A stretch of DNA of 64,000 nucleotides from Candidatus Limnocylindria bacterium (GCA_036397815.1 DASWIE010000003.1:277-64276); one strand, 5' to 3'. Positions 19,611 to 28,578 are shown, numbered from the stretch's first letter. Notes: a model not told the origin generated them from the letters alone. Numbers and translations are program-made.

Positions 19611-19774
19611 CAGTACTCACAGGCCTATAACGGGCGGAGTTCGCGCGATCCGGGTCGTAGGTAGGCACGACGCGTACTGCCACAGACACGATTGCGCGAA
19701 GTTCCGCGCCTTACAGCACTCACAGTGCTGGGACCTCGAGTCGGAGCGCGTAAGGTCACGACTCGGACGGGACC
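19600..19774 (+). repeat. possible decayed copy of the palindromic repeat family
   Basis: By-eye matches to c1: GCCGCCCTCCCCAGTA (c1 GCCGCCACCTAGCAA), GGCCTATAACGGGCGG (c1 GGCTATTTCGGGCGG), CGCCTTACAGCACTCACAGTGCTG (c3/c4 CGCTTACCAGTAACCAGGTTGCTG), terminal GGACGGGACC. Confidence 0.35.
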
Positions 19775-19799
19775 ACGCCCGAGCGGTTGGGCCAGCGAG

Positions 19800-20207
19800 C
19801 TACGAGCCGGGCATCCCTGCTTCGCGCGACGGCACCCAGGCGGCAGCCAGCGCCACGACGCCAACGACCAGGTGCAGCAGGTTGTCGGACGGGTTCTCCA
19901 GGTTGGCGACGCCGAACGTGTTCGGCTCGGCAGCGCCGGCCTGCAGGAAGCCGTAGACGGCGAAGAAGAGCGCGATCAGGCCGACCAGGATGACGATCCA
20001 GCGGTAGTAGGGCGCCAGGGCGGTGTTGAGCCCCGGGACGAATACCGCGGCCAGCGCGACGATTCCCAGGACCGTGTGCGCCAGGTTCTCGCCACCGTCG
20101 AGCCAGAACCATGGAGTCGACGACTCCGTGAAGACGTTGAGGTAGCCGACGATGCCTAAGAGCAGGAGGACGGCACCCCCGACCGTCAGGAACAGCTTGG
20201 GATACAA
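19800..20207 (-). CDS. small integral membrane protein (DUF4383-like, four TM)
   Basis: 135 aa, four hydrophobic helices. No antisense alternative has a better pattern. Confidence 0.6.
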   Translation of the reverse strand: MYPKLFLTVGGAVLLLLGIVGYLNVFTESSTPWFWLDGGENLAHTVLGIVALAAVFVPGLNTALAPYYRWIVILVGLIALFFAVYGFLQAGAAEPNTFGVANLENPSDNLLHLVVGVVALAAAWVPSREAGMPGS

Positions 20208-20312
20208 ATGGTCACCTCCCTCGGAATGGGCTCAGACGTGGTCCCGCTGCGGACCATACGCCGGGCGTCAAGGGTTGCATCACCCGTTAGCCGAGGGTCT
20301 TTGGCGGGAGGT

Positions 20313-22388
20313 CTAGTGCTTGTCGCCGGCGCCGACCTTTGCCTGATGCTCGGCGATCACCTTGTCCGCGACGTTGTGCGGCACCTCGGCGTAGTGATCG
20401 AGCTTCCAGCTGAACCGGCCGCGGCCCTGTGTGATCGAGCGCAGCTCGGTGGCGTAGTGGAACATCTCCGACTGCGGGACCTGCGCCCGCAGGTGCTGGG
20501 TGCCATCGGCCGAGTCCATGCCCAGCACGTGGCCGCGCTTGGCGGTGATCTGACCCATCACGTCGCCCATGTACTCGTCCGGAACGATGACCTCCACCTC
20601 CAGGATCGGCTCCAGGAGGGTGGGATCCGCCTCCGGGAAGGCGCGCTTGAGGGCCTGGGAGGCCGCCACCTTGAAGGCCATCTCGGAGCTGTCGACCGTG
20701 TGGTAGCTGCCATCGACCAGGATCGCCTTGAGGTCGACCACCGGATAGCCGGCCAGCACCCCCTCGGCGAGCGCCTCGCGCAGGCCCTTCTCGACGGCCG
20801 GGATGTACTGCTTCGGTACCGAGCCGCCCACGATCTTGTCGCCGAACTCGAAGCCGGACCCGGTGGTGAGCGGCTCGAACTCGATCACCACGTGGCCGAA
20901 CTGGCCGTGCCCGCCGGTCTGGCGCTTGAAGCGGTTGTCGATCTTGGCTGGCTTGCGGATCGTCTCGCGGTAGGGCACGTGCGGCGTCCCGGTCTTGACC
21001 GATGCGCCGAACTTGCGCTTCAGGCGCTCGACCAGCACGTCCACGTGCGCGTCGCCCATGGCGGTCAGGATCGTCTCGCCGGTTCCATCCTCGCGATGGA
21101 CGCGCGCGGTCGGCTCCTCCTCGAGCAAGCGCTGAAGCGCCTGGCCGAGCTTGTCGAGGTCCGCCTTGCTGACCGGCTCGATGCTCACCTGCAGGGTCGG
21201 CTCCAGGAAGCCGAAGCGCGGCAGCTCGACCGAGTGCGCGCGGTCGCCGACCAGGGTGTCGCCGATCTGGGTGCTGGTCAGCTTGGCGACCGCCACGATG
21301 TCGCCGGGTCCGGCCTGGGCCACGTTCGACTGCTCCTTGCCCATCAGGGCCAGGATGTTGCCGATCCGCTCCTCCTCCTTGCGCGTCGCGTTCCACAGGT
21401 GCCCCTGCGCGCGCAGGGTGCCGGCAACGACCCGGAAGTAGGTAAGGCGGCCCACGAACGGGTCGGCGGTGGTCTTGAAGACCTGCGCCACGAACGGGGC
21501 GTTCGGGTCGGGCTCGAGTCGCTTGCCGTCCACCGTCGTTCGCGCCCCAACCTCGGCAGCCGATGGCACGTGCTTGGCGATCATGGCCGTCAGCTCACGG
21601 ACGCCGATGTTCTTCAGGGCCGAGCCGACGAAGACCGGCACCACGCTGCCCTCGCGCGTGCCCTTGTGCAGGGCGGCCTCGATCTCCGCATCGGTGAGCG
21701 GCTCGCCGTCGAGGTACTTGGTCATCAGCTCGTCCGACGCCTCGGCCGCGGCCTCGACCAGCGCCTCGCGACGCGCCTCTTCGCCGCCGCGCATCTCGTC
21801 AGGGATCGGCACCTCCTTGGGCTTGCCGGCCTCGTACACGTTGGCGTGCTGCTCGATCACGTCGACATAGCCTCGGAAGCTCTCGGCCGTGCCGATTGGC
21901 AGGTAGACCGGCGCGATCTTCGGTCCGAAGCGGGCCTTCAGCTGGTCGAGGACGGCGTCGTAGTTGGCGTTCTCGCGGTCCATCTTGTTGATGAAGATGA
22001 AGCGGGGGAGCTTTCGCTCCTCCGCCATGCGCCAGACCTCCTCCGTCCCGACCTCGACCCCGGCCGAGGCGTCGATCACCACGATCGCGGCATCGACCGC
22101 GGCCAGCGCCTCCACCACATCGGCCTGGAAGTCGGCGTAGCCCGGCGTGTCGACGATGGTGATCCGCGCGTCATCCGCCTCGAGCGTGCCGATCGCCAGG
22201 TTGATGCTCTGCTTCCGCTTCTGCTCGTCGGGGTCGTGGTCCAGGGTCGCCGTCCCGGCGTCCACGCTGCCCAGCCGCTGGATCGCGCCGGCGTCGAAGA
22301 GCATCGCCTCGGCGAGACTCGTCTTGCCGGCGCCGCCGTGGGAGATGAGGGCGACGTTCCGGATGTTGTCGGGGCTGGTCGGCTTCAT
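20313..22388 (-). CDS. elongation factor G paralog (EF-G2-like translational GTPase)
   Basis: 691 aa from ATG 22388, preceded by AAGGAGCACCG. G-domain is RNVALISHGGAGKTSLAEAML / DTPGYADF / NKMD, followed by domains II-V. The upstream 40 codons of ORF 20313..22508 are rejected. Confidence 0.9.
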   Translation of the reverse strand: MKPTSPDNIRNVALISHGGAGKTSLAEAMLFDAGAIQRLGSVDAGTATLDHDPDEQKRKQSINLAIGTLEADDARITIVDTPGYADFQADVVEALAAVDAAIVVIDASAGVEVGTEEVWRMAEERKLPRFIFINKMDRENANYDAVLDQLKARFGPKIAPVYLPIGTAESFRGYVDVIEQHANVYEAGKPKEVPIPDEMRGGEEARREALVEAAAEASDELMTKYLDGEPLTDAEIEAALHKGTREGSVVPVFVGSALKNIGVRELTAMIAKHVPSAAEVGARTTVDGKRLEPDPNAPFVAQVFKTTADPFVGRLTYFRVVAGTLRAQGHLWNATRKEEERIGNILALMGKEQSNVAQAGPGDIVAVAKLTSTQIGDTLVGDRAHSVELPRFGFLEPTLQVSIEPVSKADLDKLGQALQRLLEEEPTARVHREDGTGETILTAMGDAHVDVLVERLKRKFGASVKTGTPHVPYRETIRKPAKIDNRFKRQTGGHGQFGHVVIEFEPLTTGSGFEFGDKIVGGSVPKQYIPAVEKGLREALAEGVLAGYPVVDLKAILVDGSYHTVDSSEMAFKVAASQALKRAFPEADPTLLEPILEVEVIVPDEYMGDVMGQITAKRGHVLGMDSADGTQHLRAQVPQSEMFHYATELRSITQGRGRFSWKLDHYAEVPHNVADKVIAEHQAKVGAGDKH

Positions 22389-22529
22389 CGGTGCTCCTTG
22401 AGGCGCGAATGGAAGGGCGCCGAGAGCGCGCTCAGCGCGTCGTTGGCCGGAGTGAACCCTAATTATAGGAACTGGCAGCGATTCGGCGGCCAATCGGCTG
22501 GCCATCACGTCTCCCGGCGAGGCGTAGAT

Positions 22530-22662
22530 GTCGCCGTGGTGTGCACTAACTGGCCTGCGGTGTCGTGTGAGCTGCCTACGCAGGCGGCGTGTGCGCTACG
22601 GCCTTCCTGACCGAGCGGACGCGAATAGTGCCTCCACGGTGTGCGTAAGGGAGGGCGCGGAA
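22530..22662 (-). repeat. possible decayed repeat copy at the 3' end of the truncated HTH-nuclease paralog
   Basis: Minus-strand read: TTCCGCGCCCTCCCTTACGCA...GGCACTATTCGCG...CGTAGC...CTCACACGAC...CCAGTTAGTGCACACCACGGCGAC. This is collinear by eye with c3 (TTCCTGTCTCCTAGCAAT...GTTACTGCTAAGCG...CGTAGC...TTCACGCTCAG...CCAGTAACCAGGTTGCTGATAGACGGC). Confidence 0.3.
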
Positions 22663-22929
22663 GGTCATCGGCCCACTAGGCGCGTCGCCGTAGTCTCGCG
22701 GACGTCGGAGCCACGCAAGCGCCGCACCTCGATCGGACGCGAAGCGTGCAAAGAGGTCCGGGTGCGTGCGCACGTGACGCCGCGACGTCGATGAATCCGC
22801 CAGCACTAGGAGTGGCACCACTGTCCTTCGGCGCCAACCTTGCTCGCGTGCAACGCGACCCGCCACTCGCACCTTCACATCCAGCCGGCCCAGCAGATCC
22901 TGCATCTTCGGCCCGACTCGACCGGCCAT
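22576..22929 (-). pseudogene. truncated paralog (C-terminal half only) of the HTH/PD-(D/E)xK-like protein encoded at 43840..44664
   Basis: The 117-aa ORF aligns with residues ~135-240 of the 274-aa protein: MQDLLGRLDVKVRVAGRVAREQGWRRRTVVPLLVLADSSTSRRHVRTHPDLFARFASDRGAALAWLRRP versus VQDLHSAMARKRRIVPSLLTKELGWRPMTVGQLLVVGEASAQRRLVDRHSEIFAATFAQRGREARAWLAHP. Only 58 nt separate it from the upstream gene, leaving no room for the HTH or nuclease core. Confidence 0.6.
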
Positions 22930-22987
22930 GGGCCGATCGTAACAACGACTCCTTATCGGTCACGTAATCGGTCATTACGCGCGCAAC

Positions 22988-23632
22988 TCACGTGCGGCGG
23001 CGGAGCTCCAGGCCGAGCCAGAGGTAGAAAGCCGGGCTCAGGAGCAGCCCCGTCGCCGCGGCAGGGACGGCGAGCAGCGGGTTCGTGGGCGTGAGGACGA
23101 TCAGGCGCCCGAGATAGACCACGATCAGCAGCACGCCGACCAGGGCGCCCAGGCCGGCCAGGTTCGCGGGCAGCACCGCGCTGCGCCGCGCCTGGAGCAT
23201 GAGGACCAGCAGGCCCAGTCCGGTGATGCCGAAGGTGAGTAGCCCGCGCGGGTCAATCGGATGCGGCAGCTCGGCCTCGGCGAGCACGTCGGTCACGGGT
23301 GGGTTGATGGCGTTCGCCAGGTCGTAGCCGCCATGGACCATCGCGCCCATGGCACCCACCGCCACCAGCATCAGGCCCAGCAGGCCGACCGCCGCCGCCG
23401 TGTCCAGCAGGCGCCGGTAGATGGCCACCAGCACTGCAACGCTCAGGATGCCGCCGACCATCAGCGCGACCGATGCCACCACGATCCCGAGCTGCGGCGC
23501 CGCGCCGGCCACCACGCCGCCGAGAAACGCGACCGAATAGACGACCCCGCCGATGCCGGCCGCGATGGCAGCCGCGCCGGCCATGCGCTCATAGGCGAGG
23601 GCGGGGTCGCCGGGCGCCGCACGGCTCGTCAT
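22988..23632 (-). CDS. integral membrane protein (DUF4386-like, about six TM)
   Basis: 214 aa, Ala/Gly/Leu-rich TM helices. Confidence 0.6.
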   Translation of the reverse strand: MTSRAAPGDPALAYERMAGAAAIAAGIGGVVYSVAFLGGVVAGAAPQLGIVVASVALMVGGILSVAVLVAIYRRLLDTAAAVGLLGLMLVAVGAMGAMVHGGYDLANAINPPVTDVLAEAELPHPIDPRGLLTFGITGLGLLVLMLQARRSAVLPANLAGLGALVGVLLIVVYLGRLIVLTPTNPLLAVPAAATGLLLSPAFYLWLGLELRRRT

Positions 23633-23675
23633 TGCGACCGGAGAATGACAGGGACGGCGCCGCCGGACAAGACCA

Positions 23676-24134
23676 TCACGCCAGGCTCAGCCAGGCGGCC
23701 GCCAGCCACGCGGGCTCTCGATCGTCGAAGCGGCCGAAGACCCAGTCCGGACCGAAGGCGACGGACAGGTCAAGCGTCCCGCCACTGGTCCGGAAGGTGT
23801 GCACCACCTCGGCGCCGGCCTCGATGGCCGAGGCCCGGTCGCCCGGCAGCAGGCGCACCGCGTACTCCGTCCCGATCCCCACCGCCAGGACGACCCCGCT
23901 GGCGGGTTGGACGAGCGCCGGCCCACCGTAGATGAGGCAACTGCCGCGCTCGGGCAGGGCAGCGTCCAGGACGTCCCAGAGACGCTCGACGACGTCGGGA
24001 TGCGTGCCCAGGTGCCATCGGTCGGCCGCGTCCGGTGCCTGGCCGACCGGCAGGTGCGCGAGCCCGCGCCCCGGACCCAGGTAGGCGAGCACGCCGGCGT
24101 TCTCCGGCCGATCCAGGGCGACGTGCAGCACCAT
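23676..24134 (-). CDS. hypothetical protein
   Basis: 152-aa ORF with coding-like composition. No family recognised. Confidence 0.5.
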   Translation of the reverse strand: MVLHVALDRPENAGVLAYLGPGRGLAHLPVGQAPDAADRWHLGTHPDVVERLWDVLDAALPERGSCLIYGGPALVQPASGVVLAVGIGTEYAVRLLPGDRASAIEAGAEVVHTFRTSGGTLDLSVAFGPDWVFGRFDDREPAWLAAAWLSLA

Positions 24135-24157
24135 CGGTCTGATCCTACAATCGGCCG

Positions 24158-24916
24158 GTGTCCGGGCACAGCAAGTGGTCTCAGATCAAGCGGCAGAAGG
24201 GCGCCAACGACGCCAAGCGTGGGGCGCTGTTCACGAAGCTGACCCGCGAGATCATCACCGCCGCCCGCCAGGGCGGGGGAGACGTGGACGGCAACTACCG
24301 CCTGCGCATGGCTGTCGACAAGGCACGCGCCAACTCGATGCCGGCCGAGAACATCAAGCGCGCCGTCGAGCGCGCATCGGGGACCGGCGCCGACGCCGAG
24401 CAGTACGAGGAGATCACCTACGAGGGCCTGGGGCCCAACAACGTGGCGGTGATCGTGGCGGCCATGACCGACAACCGGAACCGCACGGCGTCGGAGATCC
24501 GCAGCATCTTCAGCAAGTCCGGCGGCTCGCTGGCGCCGGTCGCATGGCAGTTCGAGCAGCGGGGCGTGATCTCCCTGCCGCTTCGGGGCCGTGACCCGGA
24601 CGAGGTGACGCTGGCGGCGATCGATGCCGGCGCGTTGGACGTTGGGTCGCCGGAGGGCGGCGCGATCCTGGTCGTGACTGAGCCGGCCGAGCTGGAACGG
24701 GTGCGCGCGGCGCTGAGTTCGGCCGGTTACGAGGCGGAGTCCGCGGAGCTTTCCATGGAGCCGACGACGCGCGTCGAGATCGGCGACGAGAAGGGGGCCA
24801 AGGCGGTGCTGACCTTCGTCGAGCGGCTGGAGGACCTGGACGACGTCCAGAGCGTCTACGCCAATTTCGACATTCCCGACGCGTTGATGGAGCGCCTCGA
24901 AGCATCGCTCGTCTGA
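24158..24916 (+). CDS. yebC: YebC/PmpR family DNA-binding transcriptional regulator
   Basis: 252 aa; (M)SGHSKWSQIKRQKGANDAKRGALFTKLTREI. GTG start. Upstream of ruvC, as in many bacteria. Confidence 0.93.
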   Translation: MSGHSKWSQIKRQKGANDAKRGALFTKLTREIITAARQGGGDVDGNYRLRMAVDKARANSMPAENIKRAVERASGTGADAEQYEEITYEGLGPNNVAVIVAAMTDNRNRTASEIRSIFSKSGGSLAPVAWQFEQRGVISLPLRGRDPDEVTLAAIDAGALDVGSPEGGAILVVTEPAELERVRAALSSAGYEAESAELSMEPTTRVEIGDEKGAKAVLTFVERLEDLDDVQSVYANFDIPDALMERLEASLV

Positions 24917-24927
24917 TTGCGGTAGCC

Positions 24928-25464
24928 ATGACCCTCGGCCTCCTGCTGGTCGGCTGCTCAACGGGACGGATCGTGCCGCACGACACGCCGCCACCCCCTT
25001 CTGAGGCCGGGCCGCAGGAAACGCCGACGATCGACGTTGCGACGCTCGATCCGTGCTCCCTGCTCGTCGCGACGACGGCCGCCGAAGTGCTCGGACCCGA
25101 GGTCGGGCCGGGCGTGCCGGATCCAGAGTCCGCCGCTGGGACCGCGGGCTGCACGTATCAGTTGGACGCCGACGGCACCTCCCTCTTCGTAATCGTCATG
25201 CGCGAATCCGCCTCCGGTCTGGTAGGCGAGGAATTGTTGGAGAGCCTGCCGCCCGACTCCGGGGCCGAGGAGTTGCACGGCGTTGGCGACGTCTCATGGT
25301 TCGGCCACTGTCCGGTCTGTCCGCGGCAGTCGACCACTACCCTCACGGTGATCGCGGCTCCGCTTCAGTTCAGCCTTGCCTTTGCGGATGCCGTGCCGTC
25401 ACCTGCCAGGCGAATCCAGGCCGAAGCAATGGCGCGCCGGGTCATCGAGGAGTTCGGCCTCTAG
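24928..25464 (+). CDS. lipoprotein (DUF3558-like)
   Basis: 178 aa with lipobox LLLVGCS, a Pro-rich linker and conserved Cys pairs. Confidence 0.6.
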   Translation: MTLGLLLVGCSTGRIVPHDTPPPPSEAGPQETPTIDVATLDPCSLLVATTAAEVLGPEVGPGVPDPESAAGTAGCTYQLDADGTSLFVIVMRESASGLVGEELLESLPPDSGAEELHGVGDVSWFGHCPVCPRQSTTTLTVIAAPLQFSLAFADAVPSPARRIQAEAMARRVIEEFGL

Positions 25465-25492
25465 CAACTGCGCCCGCGGCTACGATAGCCGC

Positions 25493-25990
25493 GTGATCGC
25501 CATTGGCATCGACCCAGGCACCGCCGTCTGCGGCTTCGGAGTGGTCGCCCTGGAAGACGGCCGGCTCCGGCTGGTGGACGCCGGCGTGGTGAGGACCGCC
25601 CAGGGCGAGACCGATGCCGAACGGCTCCGCCTGCTCCATGCCGCCCTGACCGCGCTCGTGGCGGAACACCGACCCGTTCGAGTGGGGGTCGAGCGGCTCT
25701 TCTTCCAGCGCAACGTGCAGACCGCCATGGTGGTCGGACAGGCACGCGGCATCGCGCTGCTGGTCGCCGCCGAGGCCGGGCTGGTCGTCGACGAGCCGAC
25801 GCCGAACGAGGTGAAGCAGGCGGTCTGCGGCAACGGCGCGGCCGACAAGGCGCAGGTGGCCGCCATGGTCGCCCGTCTGCTGGGCGCGTCGCTCGACGGC
25901 GTGGCGGACGATGCGACCGATGCGCTGGCGGTGGCCATCGGCTGCGCCTACCGCGCGATGGCCATGCCGCGCGTGGCCGCGACGCGATGA
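25493..25990 (+). CDS. ruvC: crossover junction endodeoxyribonuclease RuvC
   Basis: GTG 25493 gives VIAIGIDPGTAVCGFGVV..., the RuvC catalytic N-terminus. The longer ORF 25376.. overlaps the lipoprotein gene. Confidence 0.9.
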   Translation: MIAIGIDPGTAVCGFGVVALEDGRLRLVDAGVVRTAQGETDAERLRLLHAALTALVAEHRPVRVGVERLFFQRNVQTAMVVGQARGIALLVAAEAGLVVDEPTPNEVKQAVCGNGAADKAQVAAMVARLLGASLDGVADDATDALAVAIGCAYRAMAMPRVAATR

Positions 25991-26565
25991 TCGGCTCGCT
26001 CCGCGGGCCGGTCACCCACGCTGGCCCCGAGTTCGTCGTGATCGAGTTGGGCGGGGTCGGGTATCGGGTCATGGTCGCACCCGCCCTGCTCGCGAAGCTG
26101 CGGCCGGACCGCGAGGCGCATCTCTTCATCCACCACCTGGTGCGCGAGGACCAGCAGGCCTTGTTCGGCTTCGGCACCCCGGAGGAGCTGGCCTTCTTCG
26201 AGCTGCTGATGACGGTGACCGGCGTGGGGCCGCGGCTGGCGCTGGCGATCACCAGCGCGTACCCGGTCACCAGGCTTCAGCTCGCGATCGTGACCGACGA
26301 CCTGGACCTCCTCACCTCGGTCAGCGGCGTGGGGCGCAAGACCGCACAGCGAATCGGCCTCGAGCTCAAGGAGAAGATCCACGCCGCCGGGATCGCCGCG
26401 AGCGGCGGAGACTCGACCGATTCGGACGTGGTGGCCGCGCTGGAGTCGCTCGGCTATACCGCTTCGGAGGCACGACGCGCGGCCGGATCCGTGGCGGCCA
26501 GTACCAACGGCGAGCTGGACGCTCGCATTAAGGCCGCCCTGCAGGAGCTCGCTCGCTCGCGATGA
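25987..26565 (+). CDS. ruvA: Holliday junction branch migration complex subunit RuvA
   Basis: 192 aa; MIGSLRGPV...GVGYRV..., HhH motifs (VSGVGRKTAQRI). 4-nt overlap with ruvC. Confidence 0.93.
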   Translation: MIGSLRGPVTHAGPEFVVIELGGVGYRVMVAPALLAKLRPDREAHLFIHHLVREDQQALFGFGTPEELAFFELLMTVTGVGPRLALAITSAYPVTRLQLAIVTDDLDLLTSVSGVGRKTAQRIGLELKEKIHAAGIAASGGDSTDSDVVAALESLGYTASEARRAAGSVAASTNGELDARIKAALQELARSR

Positions 26566-27026
26566 CCAGCGACCGACCTCGAGGGCTCGTGCGCGCCATC
26601 GCGATCGGCGTGATTCGCGATCGCGACCGCGTCTTCGTGGCGGAGGGGCATGACCTGGTGACCGGCGAGACCTTCTACCGGCCGCTTGGCGGCTCGATCG
26701 AGTTCGGCGAGACTGGCGCGGAGACGGTCCAGCGCGAGTTCACGGAGGAATCGGAGCTGACCGTGACGCGACCCACCTACCTCGGCGCCCTCGAGAACCT
26801 GTTCACCAACGACGGGCGGCCGGGCCATGAGATCGTGCTCGTCTACGAGACCGCGTTCGAGGACGATGGCTCGTTGGGGATCGAAGCGGTCGCCTGCCGC
26901 GAGGAGAATGGAATGCCGTTCACCGCACGCTGGATGCCGCTCGCGACCTTTCGGAGCGGTGACGCCCCTCTCTATCCGGACGGTCTGCTCGAGATGATCG
27001 AGCGCACCACGGCGCCGATCGCATGA
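26562..27026 (+). CDS. NUDIX hydrolase
   Basis: 154 aa; Nudix box GGSIEFGETGAETVQREFTEESEL. ATGA overlap with the ruvA stop. Confidence 0.85.
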   Translation: MTSDRPRGLVRAIAIGVIRDRDRVFVAEGHDLVTGETFYRPLGGSIEFGETGAETVQREFTEESELTVTRPTYLGALENLFTNDGRPGHEIVLVYETAFEDDGSLGIEAVACREENGMPFTARWMPLATFRSGDAPLYPDGLLEMIERTTAPIA

Positions 27027-27466
27027 TCGATCCCGCTCGCTGGACCGATCCCGAGGTTGCGCGTCGGATCCTGACCGAGTTCCACGTCTGGGCGGTGGTT
27101 GGCGCCTCCCCCGACCCGACACGCCCGAGTCACAGCGTTTCACGCTCACTCATGCGCTTCGGGTACGAGGTGATCCCGATCTATCCGCGCGAGACGACGA
27201 TCCACGGCCTGGCAACCGTGCCGGACCTTCGGACCGCCGCCGCCCAACGGCCGCCCGACAGCCCGATCGAAGTGGTCGACATCTTCCGCGCCTCGCACCG
27301 CGCGGGCGAGCACATGGACGAGGCGATCGAGATCGGCGCCAAGGCGGTCTGGGTGCAGCTCGGGGTCTGGGACGAGGCCGCTGCCGAGCGGGTGGCTGCT
27401 GCGGGCCTGCTGGTGGTCATGGACAGATGCCCGGCGATCGACTACCCGGCGCTGCTCCGCCGCTGA
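27023..27466 (+). CDS. CoA-binding domain protein (YccU/CoA_binding_2-like)
   Basis: 147 aa; WAVVGASPDPTRPSHSV...GYEVIPIYP...VDIFR. Overlaps both neighbours. Confidence 0.75.
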   Translation: MIDPARWTDPEVARRILTEFHVWAVVGASPDPTRPSHSVSRSLMRFGYEVIPIYPRETTIHGLATVPDLRTAAAQRPPDSPIEVVDIFRASHRAGEHMDEAIEIGAKAVWVQLGVWDEAAAERVAAAGLLVVMDRCPAIDYPALLRR

Positions 27467-27942
27467 TGACCGTCGACCTGCGAGGTGGACGACAGCTTTA
27501 CCTCATTGGTGCAGGCGCCGTTGTCGTGGATCCGGAGGAGCGAGTCCTCATGCTTGAGCAGGAGCGTGAGGGCAGGATCGAATGGGAGGGACCCGGAGGC
27601 GCGCTGGAGGGCAACGAGTCACCGGCCGACTGCGCCGTTCGTGAGACCGCCGAGGAGTGCGGTCTCAGGGTTCGAGTCGAGCGTCTCCTTCGCGTCAGCG
27701 AGTACTGGGAACGTGGCCAGTTCGTGGGCATCGGCTTCCTCTTCCTCACACGGCCCGACCCTTGGCCCCAGGAGGTCCGCCTCCTCGCCAAGGATGGCAG
27801 CACCCGCTTCCTTTCCTACCGTTGGTGCACCCGGGCTGAGATCGAGAGGCTGGAGCATCGCTGGGCGTATGACATCACTCGCTCGGCATGGCCACCCGAG
27901 ATCACCACACCAATCTTCGACCGCCTCGACCTCCCGGCATGA
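27466..27942 (+). CDS. NUDIX hydrolase
   Basis: Nudix box GPGGALEGNESPADCAVRETAEECGL. ATG 27466 overlaps the upstream stop (TGATG). Confidence 0.85.
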   Translation: MTVDLRGGRQLYLIGAGAVVVDPEERVLMLEQEREGRIEWEGPGGALEGNESPADCAVRETAEECGLRVRVERLLRVSEYWERGQFVGIGFLFLTRPDPWPQEVRLLAKDGSTRFLSYRWCTRAEIERLEHRWAYDITRSAWPPEITTPIFDRLDLPA

Positions 27943-28397
27943 CGGTCGTCATCCGCCGCGCCAGACCGGAGGAGGCGCCGGCCCTGCGCGAGCTGGCGCA
28001 TCGGTCCAAGGCGTATTGGCCGTACGACGCCGAATTCCTGAGGGCCGTCGCGCCGATGTTGATCCTGGAGCCGCGCCATGTCCGAGCGCATGAGGTCCAC
28101 GTGCTGGAGCTGGACGGAGGCGTGGCCGGCTGGCATCGGGTCACCTTCCACGGCGAGCGGGCCGAGCTGGAGGACCTCTGGCTGGAGCCCGAATGGATCG
28201 GCGGTGGGCATGGCCGCGCCCTGTTCGAGCATGCCGTTCGGGTTGCGCGCGAGGGTGGGGCCACTCGCCTGGAGTGGGACGCCGAGCCGTACGCGGAGGG
28301 GTTCTACCGCGCGGTCGGCGGGGAGGAGATCGGACGCACTCCATCGGCGGCCGAGCCCGGACGAACGCTGCCTCGCATGCGACTCGCGCTCAGCTGA
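27939..28397 (+). CDS. GNAT family N-acetyltransferase
   Basis: 152 aa from ATG 27939 (ATGA overlap). Acetyl-CoA motif LWLEPEWIGGGHGRALFEHAV. Confidence 0.85.
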   Translation: MTVVIRRARPEEAPALRELAHRSKAYWPYDAEFLRAVAPMLILEPRHVRAHEVHVLELDGGVAGWHRVTFHGERAELEDLWLEPEWIGGGHGRALFEHAVRVAREGGATRLEWDAEPYAEGFYRAVGGEEIGRTPSAAEPGRTLPRMRLALS

Positions 28398-28423
28398 TCA
28401 TGCCCCCGAACGACAAGCCGTCA

Positions 28424-28568
28424 GTTCCCGTCAGCCAGTACCAGGGTTACTGGTAAGCGACTGCTCAAGCCGTCATCGGGCGGGTCGGAGCGTGAGATTG
28501 GACCCGGCGACGGTGCGTAGGCGCCATTTTTCTGCTTAGCAGTAACCCGGTTACTGAGCGACGGGAAG
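28424..28568 (-). repeat. palindromic MITE-like repeat, canonical copy c2 (inverted relative to c1/c3/c4)
   Basis: GTTCCCGTCAGCCAGTACCAGGGTTACTGGTAAGCG ... GCTTAGCAGTAACCCGGTTACTGAGCGACGGGAAG. Its inner arms are the exact reverse complements of the c3/c4 inner arms. Lies between the convergent GNAT and uricase genes. Confidence 0.85.
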
Positions 28569-28578
28569 CCGCTGCTTC

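Noticed and set aside
19562-19799. tRNA or other small RNA gene in the tyrS downstream spacer.
   Set aside because: No cloverleaf or GTTCGAATC-type T-arm is present. The hairpins there are better explained as a terminator plus a decayed repeat copy.
20208-22610. Long ORFs antisense to or overlapping well-supported genes, for example 20208..22610(+), 2952..5222(-), 9188..11269(-), 15761..17776(+), 40506..42149(-), 42225..43970(+) and 59505..60872(-).
   Set aside because: They are typical stop-codon-poor shadow frames of a ~70 percent GC genome. Their translations are Arg/Ala/Pro/Gly-rich low-complexity sequence with no family resemblance, while the opposite or alternate frame encodes clear conserved proteins.
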